This document shows positions 34,666 to 48,569 of a stretch of DNA of 64,000 nucleotides, in pieces. Both the position numbers and the translations under genes were made by a program. The notes below the pieces were generated by a model. That model had not been told where the DNA came from, searched no databases, and was given only the letters and a program-made list of their open reading frames with translations. Origin of the DNA: Plasmodiophora brassicae (Eukaryota); contig CP145411.1 of the NCBI GenBank assembly GCA_036867785.1, forward strand, positions 1,054,001-1,118,000. Direction: 5' to 3'. Each line of letters opens with the position of its first letter. Within the stretch, counting starts at the first letter, position 1.

Positions 34666-34957
34666 TCGGCTCCCTCCTTCTCCATTTGTCGATTATTAAA
34701 ACCCGCCGGTGCAGTGTCTCTATTTCAGCGTTCTTTTGCTGTGGGTCTATCTGCCGACGGTATTACGTGTTGGCATTCAGCGGGCTGCAGTCACGCAAGT
34801 GGTTGTGTGAGTGACGAGGGTCGACACTCAGGCCGAACATACTGGAACGAGGCGGGTGCGCGGGACTCCACCCGTGGCATTTGTTTAGACTCAGCCACTG
34901 TCCCCAGTTCCCAATCGTATCGCTAGGCAGGCAGGTCGACGCTGCCGGGAGCTGTCG

Positions 34958-37900
34958 ATGCTCGACGTCATTGACAGGTGGATATCGCGTCTCGTTGGCG
35001 GCCTGATCGCCCGATATCTCACCAGTTTTCTGCCCGGGTTCAATCCAGATGATGTTACGATCCACTTGTTTTCTGGTGTTGTCGAGCTTAGAAATGTTGT
35101 CGTCAGTCGAGCGGTGTTCTCGTTCCTCGAAGGGATGATTCCATGGAGCTTCGGCAAACTTCGTATCGGGAAGGTGTACCTTCGGCTCCCGTTGTTTAAC
35201 CTTCTCGAGGATAACCTTGTTGTCGAAGTCGACAACGTGGATGTAGAGTTTGCAGCCGAGGATTACGCTAAACACCGATTCGTTCCGAAGCCGGAGAGCC
35301 CTTTCAATCCCGTACTCAAATACGTCCCACCGGAATCGGACCCAGTAGGTGGCGCCAAGGATGCGAATGCGCTTACTATGCCAATACTTCGGCTTGTTTT
35401 CGCAATCTTATCGAACGTCCGGGTTGAAGTTGCCAACGTCCGGGCCTGTGTTCGCGATACTATCACGAATCCATCCCACCCACATGCAATAACGTTAACG
35501 GTTCGCAAGGCATTGCTTACGTCATGCGATGGCCAAGGCGTTGGATTTGAGTGCGCATGCCCTGCTGTATACCAGCCGACGTTGCGGTTTAAGCTGACGT
35601 TGTCGACTATCGAAGCATTCTTCGAGACACCAAAGAAGATGTCGGGCGCAGTCGCCTTGATCGAGCATCGGGACGATCTCGTTGCAACCGCGCGGGTCCG
35701 TCTAGGAACGTCAGCTGACCACGCTGAAACTTGTCTTGAAGACGAACCAGCACATTTCCTGACAACTGACATAGATGTCAAGACTTTGGTTCTTCAGGTC
35801 GCAGACGAGCACATGTCTTTTGTCTGGGACCTCCTCGTCCGGCTCTTCTTATGGATGCGAGTCTATCAGGTTTAGTCATGACGAATGAGCCTATCCGCGG
35901 GTCTGTAATTCGCGCTGTCTAGGTGGAATGGCTTCGTCCTATCGAGCCTGTACATGACTGCCCCGCCAAGTGGTGGCAATTTGCCCATCGTGTTCTGCAG
36001 GAGGAACTTGCAGAGCGCTTGGCGCAAATTCGCGCGACGACATGGTATCACCTGTTCTTTCAACAGTACCATTGCCACCTAAGCTGGATGTTTAGGTCAA
36101 GAGTAATTATATCAGCGAAACGTCGCCGACGGTACATTCGTTTATATCGAAAGCTTATGGCGAAGACCAAGGCGTTAACCGTCGACGAGTGCATCACGCT
36201 TCAACAGCTAGATCAAGGTTTTGACGTTGACTGTTTGCGTTTGTATCGGGGCGTTGCCATGCAAAATCTTGCCAATAACAAATCACTCATGCAGCGAGCG
36301 CTCCATTTCATCCAACGGTTCAGTGGCAGTTCTGGCCGCAACGTCTTCCACACACAAGTGGATCGTCGATCGTCGACATATCTTGATGATGACGGTTGTG
36401 ATGATGATACGGACAGTGAGACTTCGAATCAGAAGTCTCCGCATGAAGGGTTATCTGGACTATCTGACCCTGGCCAAAGTGTCGGCTTCATGGCGTTCAA
36501 ATTGTTGGCCAACCAACTCCACATAATCATGACAAACCGTGCCCGACCGGCCTGCGATCTTCTCGACCTTACATTTATGGGTGTGGGCGCTTCATTCGGT
36601 ATGAACTATATGGGAACCTCAATGTCTGCCACTCTCTCTATCGATAACATCTTATCTTCTTCCGCCCCTGATGCACTACGTATCGGATTCGACATCGAGG
36701 ACGAAAATAATGTTCAGTGGCTGACTGCTCAATGGAGCATGGACTTCAACGCAGTTAGCACCTGTATGGGCGTAAATGCCAGACTCGCACCGTCAACAGT
36801 TCATCTACCTGGGCAGTTCGTTAATCGCTTGCTGCTTTGGCTCTTCCCGGTGTCATTTGGTCAAGCACCCTCGCCCAATTTTTACCTGGTTCCTCCAACG
36901 CTGTTTGCCACTGAAATTCGAGCTGTTCAGAAACGTTTAATGGCCAAGAAATTGGTGCCCGTTTTCCGCATGCTCATCGACGCATGCATTGAGCCTATAA
37001 TCATTCTCGTAAACACTGGGGATGCACCAGGTCCCCAACTTCGCCTTGCACTTGGATGTGTCACTGCTAAGTGCTGTGATGCAAAGTCTGACGAAGTTGA
37101 TATGTCACGGTATGGTGTTACATTCTCGATAGCAGTTTGTCGTTCGCTAACCTGGACCGCATTAGGTTTCCCGAATTCAGCCATGGGGCCACCATTGCGA
37201 ACGGTGTCAGTGCATACGACATGATGACTTTGAAGATTGACCATGTGGGGCTTTCTTTCTTGGACACTGGGGATTCACCCCGATCACTGCCTCGATCCAA
37301 CCAAGTCTTGAAACTGGTATCAGATGCACCTTCGGCGATGGTTGGAATGTCGACGACGGAAGCGACTGCCGTCGCGAGGCCCTCAAATCCTCTTGGCAGT
37401 TCTGGTAGCATTGAGGCAGCTGTTTTGATGCTCACGACGTATCACCAACTTCCTTGGCTGCTTGTTGAGGCTGGTCTTCCCCCTGTTAGGCTCAGCATAT
37501 CTGATCGTTTCTACCGCGTGTTATTCCAAATTTTGGACACGTTCTTTCCACCCCCCTCTGACGAAATTGCAATGGCCAATGCTGCCGCTGTTGAAGATCA
37601 CCGAAATGTCAATAGTATGTTTGCTACTGAAGAAGTTTTACCTGCACCATCATATTCCTTGGCTGGTTGGTCCGGGTCCAGATTCACCTTCAAAGCAATG
37701 GGCGTCGAGGTCGTTATTATCGATCGGTTTACTTTGACAGAAGCGTCTGCTTTACGAGTCCGTGTTCAAGGGTTACGGCTACATTCACTTGTGAAATCTG
37801 ACACTAACCGAATGGTTTCGAGCATTAAAACAGAAACCGAGGCGTGGTATCTGAACCACACCGTTCATGCGTGGGAGCCCCTGCTTGAGCCTTGGGCACT

Positions 37901-40900
37901 TGCTTTGACTGTAAGTCCGTTTGAGCAGTTTCGAGAGTGACCAAATCATCAGTGACATGCAGCATCGGTGGGACGGATTTTCGGCCAACGAGATTGAGCT
38001 TCACGGGGACACAAGGACGTTAAACATCACGTTCTCTTCTGCGTGTGCTGAAAGTAACTCTATTTCATTGCTCCACATCCGCACACGTTGCCTAATGGAC
38101 CGTGTCATCGCAGCGCTTGTACACGTTGCCCAAAGTTACGGGTTCCTCACTCCCCCGAAAGTCGAGTCTCAGTCTGCGCATAACGTCATTTCCAATCAAA
38201 CCGGCGATGCAATTCGAATTGTTTCTAATGATGGGGTCAGTCTGCAAGGTCTCAAATGCTTCGCGAATGTTTCCGTCTTGACAGACGCTGTGGCTCTTAG
38301 TCGGTCGACATGACTGTACCTTCGGAAAAGGAAGTTCCTTTACCTAGAGCTGCTGTCGGGTCCCATTTGAAATTCCAGATTACGTTACCCGATGGTTCGG
38401 CGCTAAGCGGTGTCGAGCTTCTGCAAGGGACCCGCGTTGCAAACCAAAATGCAGTATCAGCTGTCACGACGAATTTTGGTTTCACGATGCTGCGTGTGCA
38501 CTCTCGGGTCGGTTGTTGGTTCACTTGTCAGGGTATGCATTGTCCTCATATTCTGACTAAAGACGATTTTCGAAAACTCGACTGGCCACGACCTCGACGT
38601 CGCATTTGAAGGCTTGGAGGATATGTCCAGCTTCTTCAAATCTCGTATTGTCAAACCGGGTGCTAAGGCGTACCTTCCTCTTGCAGTCGCTCTCAAAGGT
38701 AATGATGATATTCCCGACTGGAGCTTTGAGCTATAACGTGGGCAACATAGGAAAAGTCATGGTTCGTCTACGCGGTCGAGGAATGGGGTTTTCGTCTCCC
38801 ATTGAAGTAACTCCCAGCTCCAGGACCTCGTCAGGGTCCTTTGACCTTATTTTGAAACCGGAGAAATCTGTACGAATTAGCCCCAATCCAATTCCCCAAT
38901 CTCTTCTGATACCGATAAAGGACGATCAGTCGACCGCGGTCACGAGCCCCTCGTCAAGAGTCGGCGCGAAATTCGCCATTGAGTCCGCTGGACGGTCATT
39001 GCGGTTGACAGGCCATCAAAGACTAGAGGACGATATTCTTGTGATTTCAGTAACTCCAGTCGCTGTTGTCGAGAACCTTCTGTATTCATCATGCGATGTC
39101 CGATTCTCAGGGGATGGAAGTAGGTCATATGCAGTCTGCAATCCATTAGAAGTACCTGAAAAAACCTGTTTGCAGTGAACGATCAGACAGTGAAGGATGT
39201 TCAATGTGGCAACCGTGTCGAGTGTTTCCTTAACCATCCTAACATCCGTGTCTCGATCGCATTGCCTGGACGGGATTTCTCCAAACCCTTCGACATTGTC
39301 GAGTCCGGTCCGACCGGCATCGCTCATTTGTTCAACAAAGATAGTCGCGAGAAGTACGCGATTGGCATTCCCTCAGCAAGATCGACAAGCGGTCGGTTTA
39401 CGAACTATATTGCTTTCGAGGCAGTATGCGATTGGCTGGGTCGGTTCGTAAGCAAATGGCTGACTTCAGTGCAGGAGTGTCTGTCTGGACATTGCATCCA
39501 TGTTCGAGTGTTTGCGCCATTCTGGATTGTCAACCATTATCCTGAGCCTATTTACGTGAAGTTCGCCGAAGACGATGATCATCGGGACAATGTGGTCCCC
39601 ACCTATCCGACGACTTCTAATCATGGTCTGATCGTGCTCGTATCACTCCTTTGTGCAATACCGATCCATGTCCGTCAGGTGTGCCAATGCTGATGTCAGG
39701 GTGTGTTGATTCTGCTTCGGCGGCCATCTGTGTTGCAACAGCAACGTCCAAGTTTTCGGACCGCATTCAGATCGGGAAGCTGGAAACAGGCATCACAAAG
39801 GAAATTATGGACGAGAAGGGTGAACTTGAATTACGAATCAAAATGAATCGTGCAGGGGTCAGTAGCAACCAGTTTGTAACGGTAACCGGTGCTGATTCCA
39901 TAGCAGGGCTTATTCCACAGGACGAAAATTGTAACTGCCATGCCTCAGCTCGTTATTGTGAACTGCCTTTCACGTCCACTTTACCTTCGACAAAATGCTC
40001 ACGAAACGCAATGGGAGGTCCCTGCTAATGACCGCCTTCTCCGCTTTGCCTGGCCGGAACCAGACCAACCAAGAATCGTTCGCGTTGCGTTCTCCCCCGA
40101 CGATCCAGGCGGGTGGTCTGGTCTGGTCTCATTCATCGTCCTTGGCGAGTACCGTTTGACAGTTCCTTTGAAGTACGGTGTCATAATGTGGTTGTCGTGA
40201 CTATCGTGTTAACGTCTTCGCTAGGACGGACGAAAACAGCCCAGCAAGTGTGGAGATCGTGGAATGCATCGTGAAACAACGTGAAAGCATTGTTTTCGCT
40301 GTCTTCCGCAAAGGGGACATGCGATTCCCGCCGTGTCAAGTGCAAAACAGTTCGGTGATGCCATTGGAAGTATCTCAGTCCGCTGCGAATTCGTGGACTC
40401 CAGTGCCCCCGTTCACGTCAATTCCGTTTTGTTGGCTTGAGCCGCTGTCGGAACTTGCTCTCGAAGTTCGTCTCGAAGGTACAACATAAGAAGGTGAAAT
40501 TGGACGAAAGCGCCCTCTGACCGTTTCTGTTACTGCTCAGGCTCAGGAGACGCCCCTGTACTTGTCGATATGGACAGTGAAGAGCCAGTCGCATCAAAGT
40601 GGAAGACGTCCAAGTGTAGCTTTCTCGTTGAATCTATTCGAGTAAGTATAGTACTTGCTCAGTTCGATACAGCCAGCACTAACAAGATGCAGTTTGATGG
40701 GCCAACAAAAACCCTCCGGCTGACTGAACTCGATTCAACCTCAACAGATCAGTCTCCAGCGTCGAGGTTTCCTCTTTCAGATAATGCCCAATGCGTATTA
40801 ACGAAACACTTGTATAGGCAGCATTTTCTCTCCGGGCTGGCCATCGCCGCAGCAATTGATAGGCAGTCGACAATGTTGGAATCGTTGGTGAAATTTGCCG

Positions 40901-43900
40901 ACAAACAATATCAAAAAGACATCTACGCTCTAGATTCCCTCCGAACACATCCGTCAAAAGTGTTTATCGAAGTAACATTCGCTTATGCCCGATGACAGCG
41001 ACCGCATAATGATCATTTTCAGGTGGTTGAGGCCTGGGATTTACCGAAAACGGATGTCCGCGGGTCGATAGATCCATTCTTTGAGATTTCGGCGGGTGAT
41101 GTTCGGGATCGAACCGATACACGCAAGAATGAACAGAATCCTCATTTCCGACACAAGACCGTGGTCCCTATACGCGATGGCGTTTCACATATCCAATTCC
41201 GGCTGTTGGACTATAACGTCGTTAAGAATGAGGTGATGGCGCATCCATTCTTCGCTCTTAATTTGCTTCAACCTTGATATTCTCAGGTCGTATCTGGGTT
41301 CGACATACCGTTGACATTGTTGCCGAACGAATTCGAAATCCATCGTTGGTTCAAACTCTTCAAGATTAAAGACAAGGCAACGCACTACACGTAGTCAAAA
41401 CTGCATTGTCGTCTGACCTTCCTCACATAGGAAGTCTCTGCCACCCGGCACCAAGGCCAAGTTCGTGTCATTATGCAGGTTTGACTATCACGTATCTGTC
41501 GCTGCAAATGGAGCCTCATTTCCCATTCAGTGGGTGAAAACACCAGAGACTATGAAGCAACGCCTTCGGGACGACCTTGATCGGAAGACACAATACTACC
41601 AGCAACAGCTTCAATCGTTGGCTGAACAGAAGAGCAAGATTACGGCCGAGCTAGAAGCTGCCGATCGGCGGGAAAGTACACTGGTCATGTCATGCACGAC
41701 TCAAAGTTCGCTGTGGAAACGAAGCTTTCTATGCAGGAAGCCTCATTGTCTGCACAGGCATTCGCGACGTTCTCGCGAAACGTTCCGGCGCCGAGTCTCA
41801 AGCTGTCAAACGAGCAGAAAAATCAAAGATAGTATCAGGAAAGTTCAAGATAGGAATCCTGAGCGCGAAGAATTGTCTGGCGATGGACAACGGTGTATCA
41901 TCCGATCCATATTGCAAAGTTTGAACCGTATCTGTGGCGCCGTACCAAATTCTAGTAACACTTGGGCCTAGTTGTCATATGCGGAAACTGGTTTCCAAAC
42001 TAAGGTCATCAAGAAAACGTTGAACCCGGACTGGGATGAAACCTTCGAGTTCGATTACCAGAGCCTGCCTTCCACGCAAGGTTACGTGGTTCGCATTGCT
42101 GTGTTCGACCAAGATCAGACCTCTGAAGACGGTATTCGCGATTCGGAAGGCATCTCCGGTTTCAAAACTGACTTGCTGTACGGAAGACTTCATGGGCGAA
42201 TGCGTTGTGGCTGTCGATGACTATATCGATCTCCCAGTGAAACAACAGATCCAGGTCGGCTAAGCGGCGGATTATTACGTCGTTGCGATGCTGAGCATAC
42301 CGCGTTCAGGAATGGCACAGCCTTCTGTCTCTGAATCCCGATGCGGATGAACTGTTCCAGGTCGAGCTCGGCGATAGCGCTGGTTCTCGAGGTGACCTGC
42401 TTGTCCAGTTTGAATGGGTCGAGAAGAAAGTCGAGGGATATCTGTACGATATTGACGCAAAAGTGGTGCTACCCTCCTTTGGTATCAGTGTCGTTGATTC
42501 GGGTTGCCATCGAGAGCTCATGTTCTTGTCGGCTCAGAAGGTTGGCCAGCCAGTGCCTGCCGAAATGACCTGTCTGACGTTGCCTATAACATGCAGATAA
42601 ATCTCGAGTATCAGTTGGTGAACAACTGGCGTGACTTTTCTTTGAGCGTATCGATCGAAACTGTTCAGATCGATAACCCTGATCTGAACTCTGGAGGCGG
42701 CGACTCGTCACATATGGTCATGCTACACTCTGACAGAAAGGCCGCTGATGGCCCTCAGCCCATGATACAACTGGCAATCGTGTCCGAGCACCTTTCAGAC
42801 CTGTTTGATTACTACCCGTACGTGCTTAAGCAGTCACCGTCGTTCGTGCCTGACATCCATTTAGGTTCGTAAATGTGCTGGTGCAAGGCATTACCGTACG
42901 CGCGAATACTTATTGGCTGTCGAGCATGTTGTGGCTATTGCAATACCTCGTTGACCTGCTGTTCGCCGGCTACGAGGATCCGAAGCCGCCGACTCTCCCT
43001 GTTGTCACAGTCCCGATTGTTGGTCAGGAATCGGGCAAGAAGGCAGGTGAAGACAATTCCTTGCAGTCGATCTGTCTAAATACCGTTTCAACAGATCCTA
43101 TTTGGCGTCATGGTTCTTTCTCCGCTATCGCTGACGGTCTCGTTTCGAAAGGGCGTTGCGATGTCAGGCATAACGGAACGGCAAACTGACTTTGACTGGA
43201 TTCTCAAGATCGCGTCCTCGGTTTCGTTGGATTCAGCACCAGTTCGGCTCAACGCGCTGGGCTTATCGCATTACTTGGCAAGTTATGAAGACCTATACAC
43301 GTTGGTGTTCAGCCATTACCTAAAAAGCGCAATGGCGGCTGCCTTTGGTATCCTGGGGTCTACGGAAGTTCTCGGCAACCCGGTGCAACTGGTGACTGGT
43401 TTGGGTTCCGGTGTCAAGGTATCACCTGTAAGGACACCACAGATCCATTTTGACTGTACCGTAGGACTTCTTCTTTGAACCGGCCGCTGGTTTGGCTCAA
43501 GGGTATCTGCTCTTGAAATTCTGGATTAATAGTGAATTGACTGCATTTCCATGCATTCAGACCCGCTGCCTTTGGTCGTGGTATTCTGAAGGGTTCTGCA
43601 TCCTTGTTCAGTGGGACGGTACGTTTCGCCTCTGGACGATGAGGGCTGCTGAACGTGACAATGGAACAACAGGTCGGAGGAGTCTTCAATTCAGCGTCGA
43701 TAGTGACAGGCAATCTTGGAAAGATTGCTGCTGCAGCCACGTTTGACGATGAATATCGTACGAAGCTCAAGCAGCAGCAGATGCAACTCAATTCTGCTGA
43801 TACAACTGGTCTCACTGCGATTAAAACGGGTGGTGCTGCATTTGGGCGTGGCATTCTATCTGGCGTCACCGGCGTCTTTGTGGATCCCATAAAAGGTGCC

Positions 43901-46386
43901 AAGCGTGAAGGCGCCAAGGGATTCGTCAAAGTAAGTGGCTGGTCCCGACCACAGAGTTAATGGCTAACTGTTGTCAGGGTTTCGGGAAAGGTATCGTTGG
44001 GGTGGTGGCGAAGCCGATCAGCGGGACCCTTCAGGTGGATTCTGGTGAACAGCGAAACCATTTCTGTCTGACACTACGCTGCACCTAGCTGGCATCCGCT
44101 GCTGCAGGAGGTGTCCGAAGTGTCGCATCGTCGTACAACAAGTTCAACCACAAACGTCCGATGCTCGTACGGTTCCCAAGAACGTTCTACGGCAACCAAG
44201 GACGGATTAAGCTCTACACAGCGACTCGAGCAAAAGGATCCTTCTTTCTCGATACTGTTCATGATGCCAAGTCAGCTAAAGTCATACATCTTCACATCCC
44301 AGAGAACTGATATTCTTTCGCAGGTATCGCGGCGACGTATTGATTGACATTCTGGATTTGGCGGACTGCCGCACATTGATTTTAACCAACTCGAGGCTGC
44401 TGATGGTCGCTATGGACGCCAACGAGGCGATCTTCCACGTTCTCGCTCTGTCTGACGAGTGGTCCGTTGATTTATCGACGCTGAGCTTCAACGTCGCCGA
44501 CAATCGGCTTCAGCTATGCGATACTCAGCGATCCAAAACTTGGAACGTTGACCTGACGCAAATCCCCTCTCGGAACAGAGAGACCTTTGTCGGGAAGCTT
44601 GCTGAAGCTGTACGGCAGGTTAAGAATGGCCAACAAGGTCATCCTGTTGATCACGACAGTGACAAAGAACACCCCCAGTGGCCGTCAAGCCCCTCATTTG
44701 ACAGACCTGGTGGCCACCCGCAGGTCCCCAGACCATTGGTAGAACAAAAGCGTGTAGCCAACAATTGCACCTTGACTAATTCAAACGTGGTATCAGCGTC
44801 CTACTCCGGAAGCAAGTTTAACAGCCCAACCGGTTGAACTTCTTGAGACGAACAAACAGATCGAGAACCTTGAAGTCGACATCGACCGCCTCAAGACTGA
44901 CATGTCATCCGCGTCCCATAGCGGGTTGAGCCTTGAAGTAGTCGTTCACAGTGCGTCACAACTGACCACAAAAGCACGAAAACTGAAGCCATTCTGCAAG
45001 GTAACACGGACGGGTATCCATTACATACGTACCACTAATTGCAACCGTATCGTAGGTTTGGGTTCAACCGCGACCTAATGCTACAGTCCTCAAAAGGCAG
45101 GCAAGTCTGGACCCTGACGGCTCGGATGAAAAGGCGCAGGAGACTCGATACGTTAGCCAGACTACAGAAAGCCGTCACCCAGTGTGGAATTTCTACAGCC
45201 AGTTTCCACTAGTTGATGAAGTAGACTCCTTACAGCTTGCCGTCAAAGTAAGCCTGCCTGTAGCGACTGTTGACGAGAGCGTTGACGGTTAAACGCCATG
45301 TAGGTCATGAGCAAACGGATCGGCATCGCTAAGGTTCTCGGCGAAGCAGTATATGACCTCGACCAGCTCGCCATAGACATTCCTGTATCTGTCCAGCTGA
45401 CGCTGTACAAAGCCAAATCACCAGACACTCCTCGTGGAGTCATCGACGTGACCATAAGGCTATTTAACCCATCTTTAGTGGCGCTAGCCGCTCGCATGGA
45501 CGTCGCCAAGCATAAGATGTTAACCCAGTTGAAGACCAAAGTTGGGATCATTAGGCATTTGCAGAGAAACATCCGCAATCGCAGCCAGTCCCCTGTACCT
45601 TTAGACTTGGTCGAAAGAGACGGTTCTACCGTAAGCAGTGACATCGAGAGGAGCGAGTTCACAGATGACGAAGGTTCGTTGCAGTATCCGACTTGTTCAT
45701 TTCCTTTGACACTCCGTCTTAGATTACGAAAACAATGTCGGGAGCGTGACGTCCGCCTTGGAAGAGCAGGTCGAGTCATCCCTTCGTCGGCAGTTCCGGT
45801 TTCTGAATGACAAGTCCTACCTGCGAGAAGCGACTCTCAGGGACGTTAATGCTCGTGTGCAATTCGAGGTGCTGTGCTTCGTTGTCTGAGACTTAGCACT
45901 CCAAATGACCTGACTCTGCACCGGTAGATCGTTCAAGGTCGCAGGTTCGCCAAAGCGAAAACAAGACGCAAGGCGCCGCCGTTGTTCGTAACGGCGTCGG
46001 TAGGCGAGCGCAAGTTCCGGTCGCTGCAGAACGAGTCATGGGAGCCCTTGTGGAGGTTGAAGTTCGCCGTCCCGATGCCTCGTTCTTCGGTTCCCATTCA
46101 GATTCGCGTTCGCTACAAGCAATTTATAGGCGCGAAACACGTTGGGACGCTGAGCATGGACTTTGCATCGTTGCTGGAGAAGGCAAGCGATGAGGATGGC
46201 GCCTGGATTCCCATGTACAAATCAGGAACGCCGTCCCCAACGGATGAGGTTGCTTGTGAGGTCCTCGTTCGCATCCAAGTTCAATCTCCCGTCCTCGATG
46301 GCCTGATCGCAGCTGAAAACGAGGTCGCGACAGAACTCATGATGCGGCCCTCCCAACACAATATCGCTACACAGTCACGCACGTGA
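34958..46386 (+). CDS. VPS13: VPS13-family bridge-like lipid transfer protein with multiple C2 domains
   Basis: Chorein-N start (LIARYLTSFL...IHLFSGVVELRNV), KWWQFA, WEPLLEPW, VAB-type FAPFWIVNH and C-terminal LGNPVQLVTGLGSGVK|DFFFEP / GVFVDPIKGAKREGAKGF. C2-like blocks near 41.0, 41.8-42.4, 44.9-45.5 and 45.9-46.3 kb. Many introns; exact exon structure unverified. Confidence 0.85.
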
Positions 46387-46597
46387 AGATGTTTGAATAC
46401 GTGCTCCATGGCATGCTTTCGAGCTGAAATACACACCTAGCGCTGGCGAGAACGGTTGTTCCGACGAGAGATCGTAGACGGATGCTGGAGTCAGAATTTC
46501 ACCATATGTGACAACGGTTGGGGCGTGCCCACATGTAACTATTTGCCCCAGTTAGGCAGTCGCCAAGGAGATTTATCATGGACAGTTGTTTAACATC

Positions 46598-47323
46598 TCA
46601 TAGTGTCTCGCCATCAATTTCGTCATCGATATCGTCCACCATCGTGCCCGTCATCGGTGGCCCTCCTGACTCAAGGTCGGCATCGTCGACCATGGCCTCG
46701 TGGCAGACAGCATGTGCTCCGGCCGCAATTATACAAAGCCCTGGTCTCCTTTCAGAACCCACAGAAAGCGGATACATCAACACCGCAGCGTACCAATAAC
46801 GAGAAACAGGGATGTGCCTGCTAGGAACAATACAAAGAATGCCGTTAGGGCGCCCATAGCGATGTGCCTGTTCCTGCCCTTCAGTTTGTACGGGGTGTAA
46901 GGAATCTTAAGAACGTCAACGGATAGAACGTGAATCCATAAGGCGACATCAGCGATGACGAAGAATAATAGCCAAGGTGTGACCAGCACGACCAGGCAAA
47001 CCAGCAGTGTCAGCACCGCGGCGTAATTCGTCGCAAAGTACTGGACATTCAGCTCTAGACGCGTACCCGCTTCCTACCACGATGCCGATCTCAGTTGAAT
47101 GCATAGCACGAAGCAAGCAGCCGACCTCAACGGTACGAGGGAAGCTGAACCCTTCCTTGGACGTGAACGACGATATGGATCTTAGGTTTCGCATCCACGG
47201 CCGCGAGAGGACCTTTCGCAGGGCCGCCGAGGCGGCGGCGGTCGACACCGACGCCAGATCCGACATGTCGCCCGCCTTTTCCGCCGGCGCGCCTAAACCG
47301 AACAGACCGGACGATGCCTGCAT
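46598..47323 (-). CDS. PRA1 (prenylated Rab acceptor) family protein
   Basis: FSFP...|RLELNVQYFATNYAAV plus hydrophobic hairpins. Last exon GLCIIAAGAHAVCH. Confidence 0.82.
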
Positions 47324-48569
47324 CAAACGCGGGGCGCTATGGGTGCCAACTCCAGGTGAGGCCAACGCGCGCGTATGACAGGGTGCGGCCCGCTAGAAGC
47401 ACCACCACTGCTGCCGATGTGTGATGTGACACCTGTAACGCCACGCAGCGCCACCCGTCTGCCTACGGAACGCTGCCGTTGCCGGAAATGGCACAGCCCT
47501 GACGGCAGACCGTGCTGCGTACCTGCAGCTCGCAACCCGCAAGTCAGGCGTAGGACGTATCTGGAATGACATTGTGCGTAACTGCCGCCAGTGGTACACA
47601 CAGGTCAGAAGAGGGTACCTACGTCGTTCATACCGATTGATGCCGCTGGCACGAGTCCGAACCATTTGCCGATTGAGTGTTGGGGACGTGTTCCGGAGGG
47701 GCTGGCCCTCACCAGGGACTGCAAAACGCGGTCGGGGTTGAACAGAGTAGATGGCGCTTCGATTCTCTTAGCACTGGATATCTTGTGGGCCGGGGACAGT
47801 CGACTAGCTTCGGACTTGGTGGGCGTCGGATGAACGATGCAGGAAGTGGGAACTTTCCGGCGCGGACGCGGAGACCGGTCCCGGGATGCGCTTCCTTTTG
47901 AGTGACCAGCGGACAATCCGCGCCCGTCTCGACAGCTTCTGGTTGCTGCCCCGCCGCGTGCAGGGACAGGCGCCATTTGTCGTGTTTCGGCTCCCGCTCG
48001 CCCGGTACTTCCCATGACAACCGTTTCGCCCAGGCGGGAACGCAGCTAGCCGGTACCGGCTCAGCGGCTTCTACACGGTCGCATGCAACCATCTATGCTT
48101 GGATTGTCAATCACGTTATCTCATGCTCGTCCGGCATACTTGCCTTCAGTTGTTCGTCGTCGCTCAACGTGGACAGGTCTGTCTCGTGCTCGCCCGGCAT
48201 ACTTGCCCCCAGTCAACGTGACCAGGTTTATGGATCGCTGTGCACATTCCCGATCCGCGTGACTCGACGCTCCGACCGGGTTTCGGCAAGCAACCCAGGG
48301 AGGCATCCCAGATGATGGGCGAAATTCAGTTCGATGCGCGCAGAGTCGAGACTGCGATCGCCGGCAGCAACGGGGGAGGGGGCGCGGCGACGTTGCGCGC
48401 GTTTTTGGGGCGGGCGCGCTTCGCGGGTTGGCGCCTTTTTGCGATCGGGGTTTTGGCGGGTCCGTGGCGTTGACGGGCGCCTGGGGTCGTCGACCCGCCT
48501 GCCCTGCGACTGTGACCGGGGCCCGGCCTGCGGCAGTCGAGAACGCCACGGTGCCTGCACCGGCAACCG

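Noticed and set aside
47600-48300. Short imperfect direct repeat (ccggcatacttgcc x2) and a hypothetical minus-strand gene
   Set aside because: Only two copies, not CRISPR-like, and no recognisable product.
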